Notes under the pieces: model-generated
Seen by the model: only the letters and a program-made list of their open reading frames with translations
Database searches by the model: none
Told to the model about the DNA's origin: nothing
Part shown: positions 40,701 through 49,326 of the stretch, in pieces
How positions within the stretch are numbered: position 1 is the first letter of the stretch
How the letters are laid out: each line of letters starts with the position of its first letter
NCBI GenBank assembly: GCA_002633005.1
Contig: NMRA01000359.1
Span: 213,438 to 277,437, forward strand
DNA from: Phoronis australis
Taxonomy: Eukaryota > Animalia > Phoronida
Reading direction: 5' to 3'
DNA length: 64,000 nt
Program-made: the position numbers and the translations under genes

Positions 40701-43700
40701 ACAACAATTTGAGGGCTGAAAAGTTGGATTACTGTTAGAGGGGTTAGACTGCATGAAGTTATTACTTTTGACCAGAACTATAAAACGTTTCCATGGTGTT
40801 TCTATGATTTTATTGAAAATTGCTGAAATTTATCAGTTAAATAATTCTTGAAGTGGTTGGGCTTCGCTCCAATAAGAATGGGTTGGACTGTAGCCGCTAA
40901 GGTCATGAGTTGATTTTTATGCGCCCACATATTTATATGTGGATGCATTATGCCGTCATCTGCGTTCTTGCGGTGTCTGGCGTCCGCTGCTGTATATCCA
41001 AAACTGATTTACATAATGCTCATAAAATTTTGCACATGTGTTCCTTTCATGGATGGGACGGTATGAGCGAACTTTCGGACTGATAGGACTACCGGTGTGC
41101 CCCCTAGTGGCAATTTTAGTTTATTTTTACCTCTGTATCTTCAAAGGTCCTCAAGGTATTTTCATGAAATTTGGTATATAGGCATCTATTAGTGAAACGA
41201 CGACATCCTCCCGTTTTCAGATGGATTCGATGCAGTTTGTGCCACCTAGTAGCCATTTTTACTGTTTTCGAGTTTGTTTTTTGACATCCACCCCTCTATC
41301 AACCAAACCGCTCTAAGCATGGTTGTGAAAATTGGCATGTATGTTCTTACTATAAAGAGGACGGTTGACGAGGATTTTCCTACGACTTCAACTACTGTGG
41401 CGCCTCCTAGTGGCGTTTTTTTTTTCGCCTATGGTTTTATCTCCTAAACCGTTTTGCAGCATCTTTACTGAATTTAGTGAGTGCATTTATATGAAGTTGA
41501 CAATGGACGACGACGACTTTCAGACAGATCTGACGACTGGTGTGCCACCTAGTGGCAATTTGTATTTTTTTACGTTTTCCACTGTATATTCAAAGGTCCT
41601 CAACATATTTTCATAAAATTTGTCGTACAGGCTCTGTTAATGAGGTGACGCTATTTTTCCATTTTCAGGTGGATTCAACCTAGTTTGCGCCACCTAGTGG
41701 CCATTTTTACTTTTTTTGATTCTGTTTTTTGGCGTCTACCCCTCTATAAACTAAACCACTTTCAGGATAATTGTGAAAATTGGCATGCATGTGGACAGCT
41801 GACAATGATTTTCGGATGACTGACTACTGTGGCGCCTCCTAGTGACAGTTTCTTTTTTGCGCCCATAGTTGTATCTAATAAACCGTTTGTAGGAACTTTA
41901 CAAAGTTTAGAAGTGTGTTTATATGTTGTTGACAACGAACGACGATGATTTTGGGATGGATCTGATTACTGGTATGCCCCCTGGTGACAATTTTAGTTTT
42001 ATGTTTACCTCTGTATCTTCAAAGGTCCTCAACAGATTTTCATAAAATTTTGAATACGGGCATCTATTGATGAGATGACGATACCCTCCCCTTTTTGGAT
42101 GGAATCAAGGTACTTTGCGCCACCTAGTGGCCAGTTTGGCTGTTTTAGAGTCTGTTTTTTAGCGTCTACCTCTCTATCAACCAAATCATTCTAAGGATGG
42201 TTTTGAGAATTTGCTTATATGTTCTCAGTGTGCAGAGGACGGTTGATGATGACGGCTTTGACTACTCTGGCGCCTCCTAGTGGTAGTTTTATTTTGTGTT
42301 GCGCCCATAGCTGTATCTCCTAAACCCACTGGAGGATCTTTATTAGTGTATTTATATGAAACGAACAACAGACAATGACGACTTTCAGGCGGATCCAATG
42401 AACACTGTGCCCCCTAATGGCAATTTCATTTTGTTCTGTTTTCCTTTGTTTTTCTGAAGTTCTGTGGCAGATTTCTATAAAATTTGGTGTATATCTTTCT
42501 ATTATAGAAGCAATGACATGTTCCCATTTTGGACGGATTGTATGTTTTTGCGCCATCTAGTGCCCATTTTACGACACAAATAAGCAACCCTAAAAGCACA
42601 CCATTTGCGATGCATTCGTGGGCGCATTTCAACGCTCCGCATTGCTCTTGTTGTTTGTACTGATAGTGTCTTATAGAATTCCTATCTTTTTCCACTTGTT
42701 TCTTACATTTTCATACTTTAGACTTGTGAACTGCATGACGTCTTAGTTTTTTCTGATTTTTTGTGGAACGTTGGGAGGCCAGTGTAGTTTTGAATTGCTT
42801 TAGCATGATGTCAATGTAATAGAGTTAATTAGAAGTTAAGATTTCCAATGTCATCTCCTCTTTCTCATTAAAAACGGAGCAGTCATACTTTCCCAACCAC
42901 TTTGTAAATTTCTCTTATAGTTTGACCAAGCGTTAATTAAATTATTCACGTAAAACAGTTAATACAGACACAATCAATTGGCCAGACACACTGCAACTAT
43001 CTGTGAATTGCTATCTGTTGTTGCAGGCTGCAGTTGTTGGTCTTATCAAGGAGAAGCTGGACACCGTTACACTTGCCATTGGAGATGGTGCCAACGACGT
43101 CAACATGATCCAGACGGCCAATGTCGGCATCGGCATCTCTGGTCTAGAAGGCATGCAGGCAGCTATGGCATCCGACTTTGCTATTGCCAGGTTCCGGTTC
43201 CTGGAGAAACTGCTGTTGGTACACGGACATTGGTGCTACGATAGGCTGGCGGCCATGATTGCCTACAATTTCTATAAAAGTTGTGTGAGTAGCTCAAAAT
43301 ATTTGTCAATTTTTTATTATAATGCGTAAATCTCCAAGCTCCGTAAACTCGTTCCTGTCCACTGGATGATGGAAAATTCTGTGACTGACGAGCGTTTACT
43401 GATTAATAATTATAGTTCAGTGTCCTCTGTCTCACCTTGAAAGTACAGGATTATTTTCTAGTGACCAGTCTTTGCACTTTGTTGTTCCTCTCAGAGCACT
43501 GCTGGTAGAAGAAACGTGTTGTCCTGCGATTTTGTTGTTCATCAGATTGAAAACGATGCTGTCGATGATTATATATTTGTTTTATTTTGTCATTTGTCAG
43601 TTTACTGTGTGTGTTCTCTGAATCTCTTAGCTGTTCGCATTGAGTTTTTTCTACGGTGTCCGCTCTTCTCCATTGTTTTCCATTTTTTTTGTCCTCCGGT

Positions 43701-46700
43701 CCTTGCCTCTCATGAATCACAGTACATTCCCTGCTTTCCTTTTTATGAACACTTTTAGCATGCCGTTTTTTGTTTCTTACTCATCACGATTTTCATTCAG
43801 GTGTTCATACATTTTCTCGCATACCTCAGTTCTTTCCTCACGGACTGTATTCTTTATGTGTTCACTGTCTTCTCCAGATGTTCATCTTTCTACTGTTCTT
43901 GTATAAGCTCTACAATTGTAAAATAGTAAAACTAAAACGACAAGCCTCGGTCCTAAAATATAAAAATATTTCCCGCGTTTCAAGCGATGCGCTCTTTGTC
44001 AAGGTTGTGCTACAGACTGTTGAGTACATGTAGCTTACCCTTGACAAAAAGCGCATCGCTGGAAATGGGAATATTTTAATATATTTTAGTACCGGCACTC
44101 GTCGTTTTAGTTTGACTAGTGTTACTATTTTATATTTTTATCCGTCGGTAACTGCACGACATTCCAGCATCTATTTGAGCTCTGCAATGGTTTCATGTGC
44201 TCACTGCCTTCTCTAGGTGTTCATCTTTCTACTGTTCTGGTATCAGCTCTACAATGGTTTCATGTGTTCACTGTCTTCTCGAGATGTTCATCTTTCTACT
44301 GTTCTGGTATCAACTCTACAATGGTTTCATGGTTGTGTTCATTGTCTTCTCCAGATGTTCATCTTTCTGCTGTTCTGGTATCAGCTCTATAACGGTTTCT
44401 CTGGCTCCGTCATGATCGACCAGTATTACCTACTGCTGTACAACGTCTGCTTCACTACACTGGGACCCATCATACAGGGAATCTTTGACCAAGACGTCAA
44501 GGCTAGCACGCTGCTGGCCTTCCCCGTATTGTACAAGCAGGGTCCAGAGTGCAAGGTAAGGGGCTACGCCGTATTTTGCCTACTAAGTGAGGGGAGCTTT
44601 TCAAAATAGTCTGGTGCCATCAAAGATGTGGTGAAAATTTTCATTGAATTCTAAAGAGAAAGAGTGGTTGTTAGGAGATAGTAACTTAATTAACAGCAAG
44701 AGATTTTGACACTGTTGCACGTGTTGTCCTTGGCACATTTTTCTTGCACTTGTTTTAAAGATTAACAATGACTTTAGTCTTACTTATTTTCTGACTATTT
44801 TACATACTAGGGTTCTTTATTTTACTTGTTTGAGAACATAACTGTGTTCATATATCAAAGCCAGAAATTCGATTAATTAGTGGACTTATGAAACAATTAG
44901 TCTTTTGGTGACGTGTTTATGAAAGAATGACCTCACAAATATCATGTGACCAGCTGTCACGGTCAGACAGCCTGGCATCACATCCGGGTCAGTATCAATG
45001 CCAACGCGAACATAAACGAAATCGTTGAAATTTCCGTTGCTGCTCACAGGCTATGTCGTGACAGGTTCGCAGATTTTGTTTGAGAATGTTATGGTGGGAC
45101 CATCCTTGGGGTTCTGGGAAGAAATGGGGAGAACTTTACAACTTTTCCCAAAATTTTTATGACAAGAAATAACAATCTTCTTACTCTTTAAAATTTTTAA
45201 AATTTGCTCAAAAAAACTAAAATTAAGTTTATAGTGACTCTGTATTGTTGATATATTCTCGGAAGTTTTCCTCATGTTTTATATTGTACAGTCTGTATGT
45301 TGTGAAAGGTATGTTTATTCCCAATGTTGTCTCTACCAACAGGTCTACACTCGCTACACCTACTGGGTGAATGTAGCTGATGCGTTGTGGCAAAGTTTAG
45401 CCATCTATTTTATACCACACTTTGTAAGTTGTTCCTTAATATTTTTGTTTCCTCGCGATAAGTTGCTGTAACCAACAAAACCACTTTGTGGGTATCGTTT
45501 TTTATTAAATACGTTGTATCTTTGTATCTGAGTCATTGAAAGGGAAGGTATTGTTTTTTGTGCGATTTTTAGTTGTTTATGAAAAGCGATATTTTTTCAA
45601 ATGAGACAATATTATTTAGTCTCAAAGTTTGCGGAACGGTTCCGCACTTTTTCAATATCCACTTAGGGCCATAAAAAATGGTATGTAACAAATCTGTACC
45701 TTACCCTAAACATGTTTACAATGTTACATTTTTATTTACTCATTTAGCATTTTCTTAATTAGAAGTTCAATTTTTGCCTTGCGGAATATTCCGCACTGAG
45801 TGCGGAATGTTCCGCAAGTGTGCGGAATATAACGCATGTAGATGAAGCTGCCAGGAATGATTTGGGCCGCGAACATCCATTCCTCAGTGACGCATGCACA
45901 ATCAATTAGAACCTGGGGGAATTTGATCAACTTGAAAATTTGACTAGAGAAACCAGAAAATCGTAACTTTTATTAATAACTGAGTTCTAGTTCAGTCTGG
46001 GGTAGTAGTAATTATGTCATTTTTTGGAATTTTTGGAAAATAGCATACAAATAACGTGTGTCCACAATAGTCCGTCGCACAAACGATGCTGGCTTGGAAT
46101 TATTCGTTACTCGCAGAATGGCTCGTGCATAATTGATTAAAGCCTTGGCTAGTTTTATTAATTAACCTGGAAATTTATCCGTGGTAACCGGAAAAGCATT
46201 TATTTAGCAAAGAATAACTCTAAAACCGGTCGCCTTCCCTTTAAAAGACAGTTTAAACGGCCCATGGGAACTGAATTGGTGTGACGCATGCGATCATAAG
46301 TACGATCCTGTTGAGGGGAGGTCTTGGATTAGGGGAACGTGAAATTCACCAGGTGTCACTAGTGAAGCAAGGGACTTTCCCACAGAACTTGCATTCTGGG
46401 AAATCATGTGTTTTTATTATCGCACGAATGCTCTCGTGCTATGCACCGCTTTCTGCTCTTGGTCCATATACGTATGAAAAAGGTGGATTTTTATTCATCA
46501 GTACCACCTAGTGAATATCCAGTCACCTCTGGTGACTTCTTTGCTTGACGTAAGTACTGTCCCACAATGCTCACCAAATCTAGCCTATTGCTTGCTTTAT
46601 CGCGAGTGTTCTGCCGTTGTTTTCTGCAGGTCTATTCCAGCAACGATATTGGCATCTGGCAGTTTGGCTCCACCAGTGTCTCTGCCTGCGTTGTAACAGC

Positions 46701-48995
46701 GTTACTACACAATGGGCTGGAGTTTAGGGCCTGGGTGAGTGGTTATTGTGTCGCTTTTACATGAGAGACAGTTGTCATCATGATAGTTGTCTCGACGCGA
46801 CTTGGCGTTTTGCTAAGCGTCAAGCACTGCTTTAATCAAATCCAACAACTGCTGCGCCTATGTTAACACTGTATGAGATGGCGTGATTGATTTTTATTCA
46901 AATTTCTTCATTAGATCTGTGGCCCAGGGTCAAGGGTCAAAGGTAAATAGTATGTTATTGTACTGGGCATGACCTTAATTATTAATGATCAGCATTTTCC
47001 TCTTCTTGTGATCATACACAAGTTTTGTTTTACCAGAATTGTTTTTAATAATTTCAGACCATCTATCATGTAATCTCCATCTTCGGCAGCTGGGTTGTCT
47101 TCATGGCCTTTGGCATGATCTTCAACGCCATCTGTTACTCATGCAACAAACCGTCGGACCCGTACTGGGTGATGGAAACGGCCGTCACAGACGGCAAGTT
47201 TTGGTTTGGCACTCTCCTTGCCTGTGTAGTTGCATTACTGCCAAGGTCAGTTGTGATGCACTGGGTTTTAAACATTAGGTTTAAATTAATTGTCAGTACT
47301 TAGTGTAATTTGTCATTCCTAGCCTCTTCACTTCACTGAAATTTGCAAGAAATACTAAAATCATGCAAGACATTTATAATCCATGTGCTAGTGTCAAAAC
47401 ACAATTTTCTTATGCTGCATCATGATTACGTTTTTCTCCTTTGTTTGAATGGATAGTTTCAGCAAATGCGGTCAGGCCAATCCCACCATAGTCACTGGCA
47501 CGCCCTACGCCTTGAATAGTACAACGCAAACATTTTTAAATTCAGTTTGAATATAACAAATTTTAGAGAGTTAAAAGAGATGTTTTAGTTAAAGCTGATG
47601 AAGAAGGAGGAGACGAGTTAAAAATATAAATATTAATAATTTTCTTCAACGTGGCGATAAAAATATAATGGATGAGAAAACTACTTACTTCTGATTCAAA
47701 GTGGGTGAAATTATTTTGAACTTGAAGCGGGATTTGTAAAGTCAAATACTGTTAACTTTGAAATTATTACACTCGAACCCAAACTGCAGCCACTGTCCAT
47801 TTTTGGAATGAGGTTCTACGTAACTCGTCCTTCGTAAGTAAACAACTGCTGAAACAGTGGAAGATTTATTCTCAACAAGTTTATGGCATAACAGTGAAAT
47901 ACAAATTACCTAAAATCTGCATTTTTAACAAATATATCAGTGGTGGTGTTTTTGTCAATGACCTATTTGATGAAAATAATAATTTTTAACAATTCACTGA
48001 AAAAAATCCATTATACGTAGACATTTTCTAGATTTGTTCCTTCATTTATTCCACAAAGTCTTTTTTGTACAAGAACACCATTACAAAAACAGGTAATCAT
48101 AAAAGATTTACCCACTAATTGTGTCTTTCGATATTTGTATCATTTTTAAGTGCTCTTCAGTGTGTTAAATGTTCATGAAATTATTTGCCAGAACAAAATG
48201 TTTGCTAATTGCTCAAAAAAGATTCCAGGTGGGTTATACAACGACTGAAGAAAATAAAATTCACTCAATTCATTCAAAACCAATTTTGATTTGAAATTAA
48301 GCACCATGCACTTTAAAATATAACATTGAATGTCTTGTTACTAACTGTTTTCTCAAAAAATTGAATTGATAGATTCTGATATGAGTACTTTCTGTCAGTC
48401 ACGGAGTGAAACGACAAGTCATATTTTTAAATGTTAGATATAAAGACATTGAAGAAGATTTATGCAGTTGGGTGTTTTCTGGAAGAGCAGTCAATTTCAT
48501 TATAGACAAGAAAACAATTATAATTTTTAGTTTACCTAACAATTTTTGATTGGATTCTGTTATAATTGAAATATTTTGTTCATGTCTCAAGTGTAAAAAC
48601 ATATTGTCAAATTTTATTCTATTCCTGATGATATTAGAGAGAGAATTTTACATCCAATGAAGCATTTTATTAAAAAATAATAAATTAGGCATTTAAGAGA
48701 AACTGCCTTTTTTCAGACAACTCCCAACACCATGTAGGTGTGTTGTGGATGTGTGAATTTTTTTCCTTGTGCTTCTCTTATAAATTTGTATTCTGGAATT
48801 CATGATTTGTCATGTTACTCAAGGTACACTATCATAGCCATGATGAACTCGCTGAACCCAACCAACATAGTCAAAGCAAAACTGCATGACAGGGACTCAT
48901 CCAGAGGCGGTGAAATACTTGTGGAGGAAGATTTTGGCGAGCAAAGTATTAACGCTGGCACGTCCTACACCATCAATGGTAGTCCAGCAGTATAA
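4316..48995 (+). CDS. ATP10: ATP10-like (class V) P4-ATPase phospholipid flippase, multi-exon gene; 18 coding exons per isoform, 3585 nt, 1194 aa
   Basis: Spliced exons give a continuous ORF with P4 motifs [59 protein letters not shown] and LLVHGHWCY. The FHR.AN.YFLF..LNW.P and HLSCNE.IPAD segments are ATP10-subfamily-like. All introns are GT-AG with matching phases. Confidence 0.95.
6193..6348. mobile_element. TA-flanked CCGTA...TACGG MITE (Tc1/mariner/pogo-type)
   Basis: TA|CCGTAA...TTACGG|TA with internal (ttaa..gccca) subrepeats; related copy at 49714-49815. Confidence 0.7.
7990..8350 (-). mobile_element. 3' fragment of a CR1/L2-like LINE ORF2 (C-terminal CCHC region)
   Basis: FRHN...SPLCCCG...HVFFAC...[24 protein letters not shown] matches the typical LINE ORF2 C-terminus. 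Confidence 0.65.
10604..10758. repeat. Short interspersed GGCGGAT...ATCCGCCCCTG family (MITE-like); other copies at about 25250-25388, 39167-39277 and 62281-62574
   Basis: Shared core ccatgcccccc...ccagat.ccatttggcagttcggg...ctcaaa.tcctggatccgcccctg with CAG/CTG inverted termini. Confidence 0.75.
11659..12084 (+). mobile_element. TTAA-flanked MITE (Kolobok-like), copy 1
   Basis: TTAA|AGCCT...AGGCT|TTAA; clearly homologous over about 400 bp to 13965-14370. Confidence 0.8.
12420..12820. mobile_element. Degenerate MITE with about 70-bp inverted arms
   Basis: gtttagc...ttttactctcataaaatcg is inverted relative to cgattttatgagagtaaaa...gctaaac; right end AGGCT|TTAA. Confidence 0.55.
13965..14370 (+). 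mobile_element. TTAA-flanked MITE (Kolobok-like), copy 2
   Basis: TTAA|AGCCTATCTTCAAC...GTTGAAGTTAGGCT|TTAA, 14-bp TIR with one mismatch. Confidence 0.82.
15750..16350 (+). mobile_element. Penelope-like retroelement remnant (GIY-YIG fragment followed by RT N-terminal fragment)
   Basis: [10 protein letters not shown] (about 15780-15810); LQADKGK (about 16055) and [21 protein letters not shown] resemble the Penelope PADKG and YGLPKIHK..P.RPIVS motifs. Confidence 0.75.
17498..17916 (+). CDS. ATP10: ATP10-like coding exon 1b (paralogous copy of exon 1a), alternative first coding exon
   Basis: MGNWLK...[26 protein letters not shown]...KDGLEDY...CRVYS; ends AG|GTAAGG; 419 nt, phase 2. Confidence 0.92.
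18600..19588 (+). mobile_element. Decayed mariner transposon
   Basis: [27 protein letters not shown]...VKEKRR and PYRPDLAPS correspond to the mariner WVP and YSPDLAP motifs; multiple stops and frameshifts. Confidence 0.85.
20501..20710 (+). repeat. 80-bp tandem repeat, about 2.6 copies
   Basis: gtgtcagctaagtctattgttcatgttagctggagtccc... recurs at 80-nt spacing. Confidence 0.95.
21726..21930 (+). CDS. ATP10: ATP10-like exon 2 (A domain, DGET)
   Basis: tgcag|[35 protein letters not shown]...[15 protein letters not shown]...|GTAAGT. Confidence 0.95.
23085..23230 (-). repeat. Interspersed repeat; related copy at about 52485-52600 on +
   Basis: Shared core tatttacccaca.tgctg.aaa; translations [18 protein letters not shown] and PDHITALESRCIYPQCCK align. 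Confidence 0.6.
23507..23592 (+). CDS. ATP10: ATP10-like exon 3
   Basis: cacag|[30 protein letters not shown]|GTAAGT; phase 0 to 2; not in the ORF track. Confidence 0.88.
24249..24355 (+). CDS. ATP10: ATP10-like exon 4
   Basis: tacag|[37 protein letters not shown]|GT. Confidence 0.93.
24428..24658. mobile_element. MITE with GG(C/T)CCGTTCCAAGAAA TIRs
   Basis: ggtccgttccaagaaactgaattaag is inverted relative to cttagtcagttttcttggaacgggcc. Confidence 0.65.
25118..25249 (+). CDS. ATP10: ATP10-like exon 5 (to TM3)
   Basis: ccag|[45 protein letters not shown]|GTAGGT. Confidence 0.93.
26370..27270 (+). repeat. Degenerate copy of the Helentron-type tandem-array family seen at 40914-42652
   Basis: catccacctctct..., gtgaaaattgg.atatg, gtgcctcctagtggc and ggatctgactac motifs are shared. 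Confidence 0.7.
27520..27644 (+). CDS. ATP10: ATP10-like exon 6 (loop, start of TM4)
   Basis: ttcag|GSAIWQSSW...[14 protein letters not shown]|GTATG. Confidence 0.92.
27991..31607 (-). mobile_element. Academ (AcademX-type) DNA transposon, decayed and internally deleted
   Basis: TAGTCTAGAC...GTCTAGACTA termini with extended imperfect TIRs and 3-bp TSD TAA. Minus-strand fragments: transposase-like [26 protein letters not shown]3TH-like TG...[15 protein letters not shown], and C-terminal Cys cluster [16 protein letters not shown]...LCTC. Confidence 0.85.
31618..33010. mobile_element. Non-autonomous TIR element (TA-CAG termini, Tc1/mariner-like) abutting the Academ element
   Basis: TACAGCCACTGAATTTTTAGACT is inverted relative to AGTCTAATAATTCAGTGGCTGTA. 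Confidence 0.7.
33576..33828 (+). CDS. ATP10: ATP10-like exon 7 (TM4, phosphorylation site DKTGT)
   Basis: tatag|[12 protein letters not shown]...[24 protein letters not shown]...EEA G|GTAGG. Confidence 0.96.
34045..35060 (+). mobile_element. Kolobok-type DNA transposon deletion derivative with about 150-bp TIRs and TTAA TSD
   Basis: TTAA|AGGCGAAGGCAACC...GGTTGCCTTCGCCT|TTAA; near-perfect long TIRs; internal THAP remnant. Confidence 0.88.
34310..34771 (+). pseudogene. THAP zinc-finger domain (transposase N-terminus) with two in-frame stops
   Basis: [12 protein letters not shown]...[14 protein letters not shown]...NY*VCGKHF...LKKDAIPSV: complete C2CH THAP signature plus AVP-like box in one frame. 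Confidence 0.88.
35516..35556 (+). CDS. ATP10: ATP10-like exon 8 (41-nt micro-exon)
   Basis: Pyrimidine tract ctttttctgcttcag|(V)[13 protein letters not shown]|GTGAGT. Phase 1 to 0 is exactly what is needed to bridge exon 7 (phase 1) and exon 9 (phase 0). Confidence 0.75.
35552..35626 (+). repeat. 25-bp tandem repeat x3, each containing CAG|GTGAGT (exon 8 donor)
   Basis: gtcaggtgagtaatatactctca(c/a/t)a x3. Confidence 0.95.
36947..37126 (+). CDS. ATP10: ATP10-like exon 9 (N domain)
   Basis: tttttgcag|HDRHR...[23 protein letters not shown]|GTGAGT. Confidence 0.9.
37618..38254 (+). CDS. ATP10: ATP10-like exon 10 (N domain)
   Basis: aatag|MDDSG...[12 protein letters not shown]...YCKGADS...GLRTLCMA...ETNLELI G|GTAGGT. 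Confidence 0.95.
38846..38949 (+). CDS. ATP10: ATP10-like exon 11 (P domain)
   Basis: cccag|[35 protein letters not shown]|GTAAGC. Confidence 0.95.
39666..39956 (+). CDS. ATP10: ATP10-like exon 12
   Basis: tccag|[12 protein letters not shown]...ALIVDGKTL...[11 protein letters not shown]|GTAAC. Confidence 0.94.
40914..42652 (+). mobile_element. Helentron-associated non-autonomous element (HINE/DINE-1/pearl-like) with internal higher-order tandem array
   Basis: 5' tttttATGCGCCCAC with nearby inverted gtggatgcat; 3' GTGGGCGCAT then a short hairpin and T-rich end; core of about 145-bp subunits in about 435-bp trimers. Confidence 0.8.
43027..43284 (+). CDS. ATP10: ATP10-like exon 13 (GDGAND hinge to TM5)
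   Basis: ttgcag|AAVV...[15 protein letters not shown]...[13 protein letters not shown]...YNFYKSC|GTGAGT. Confidence 0.96.
43856..44400 (+). repeat. About 67-71-bp tandem duplication spanning the intron 13/exon 14 junction (4 copies; first copy separated by an insertion)
   Basis: tgtgttcactgtcttctccag|ATGTTCATCTTTCTACTGTTCTGGTATCAGCTCTACAATGGTTTC with exon-like starts at 43878, 44217, 44284 and 44355. Confidence 0.93.
43919..44132. mobile_element. Palindromic MITE-like hairpin (about 95-bp arms)
   Basis: aaaatagtaa...actaaaacgac...agcgatgcgctctttgtcaagg is inverted relative to ccttgacaaaaagcgcatcgct...gtcgttttagt...ttactatttt. Confidence 0.8.
44355..44555 (+). CDS. ATP10: ATP10-like exon 14 (TM5-TM6)
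   Basis: ctccag|[40 protein letters not shown]...LYKQGPECK|GTAAGG; the acceptor is tandemly duplicated upstream. Confidence 0.9.
45343..45423 (+). CDS. ATP10: ATP10-like exon 15 (TM7)
   Basis: aacag|[27 protein letters not shown]|GTAAGT. Confidence 0.93.
45541..46240. mobile_element. TTAA-type (Kolobok-like) MITE, 700 bp
   Basis: tgaa|AGGGAAGG...CCTTCCCT|ttaa; termini resemble those of the THAP element. Confidence 0.55.
46630..46734 (+). CDS. ATP10: ATP10-like exon 16 (TM8)
   Basis: ctgcag|[13 protein letters not shown]...[10 protein letters not shown]|GTGAGT. Confidence 0.93.
47058..47245 (+). CDS. ATP10: ATP10-like exon 17 (TM9-TM10)
   Basis: tttcag|[12 protein letters not shown]...PSDPYWVME...VVALLP AG|GTCAGT. 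Confidence 0.93.
48824..48995 (+). CDS. ATP10: ATP10-like terminal exon 18 (C-terminal tail, stop TAA)
   Basis: ctcaag|[19 protein letters not shown]...GSPAV*; phase 2 matches exon 17. Confidence 0.8.
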
Positions 48996-49284
48996 CAGGA
49001 ATGCGTGTTCGCTTACGCCATCTGGTGTGTAAAGTACTAATACACTATACTCATTCACTGTCTCGTCAATCCGGTAATTGTGATTTAAGGGGAAATTGTT
49101 CCAGTGGCTGTTTAATACGCATCGCTGTCAATAGTCTGGTCATCAAGTCTTGCTGAATTTAAAAATCAGATAAGTGTAAAGTGAGTGTTGTTGTCCAACA
49201 GAAATTTTTTCCGTGCCAAAAACCATTTGTATTTGAAAACATCTCTTGGCAAATCCCAATGACTTGATGCCACTGTTTTGTCAT

Positions 49285-49290
49285 AATAAA
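49285..49290 (+). terminator. Candidate polyadenylation signal (AATAAA) of the flippase gene
   Basis: First AATAAA I noticed after the stop codon, about 290 nt downstream. Confidence 0.4.
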
Positions 49291-49326
49291 ATGCAGTTCT
49301 TGAGACATCCAGAAAATGCATGCTTG

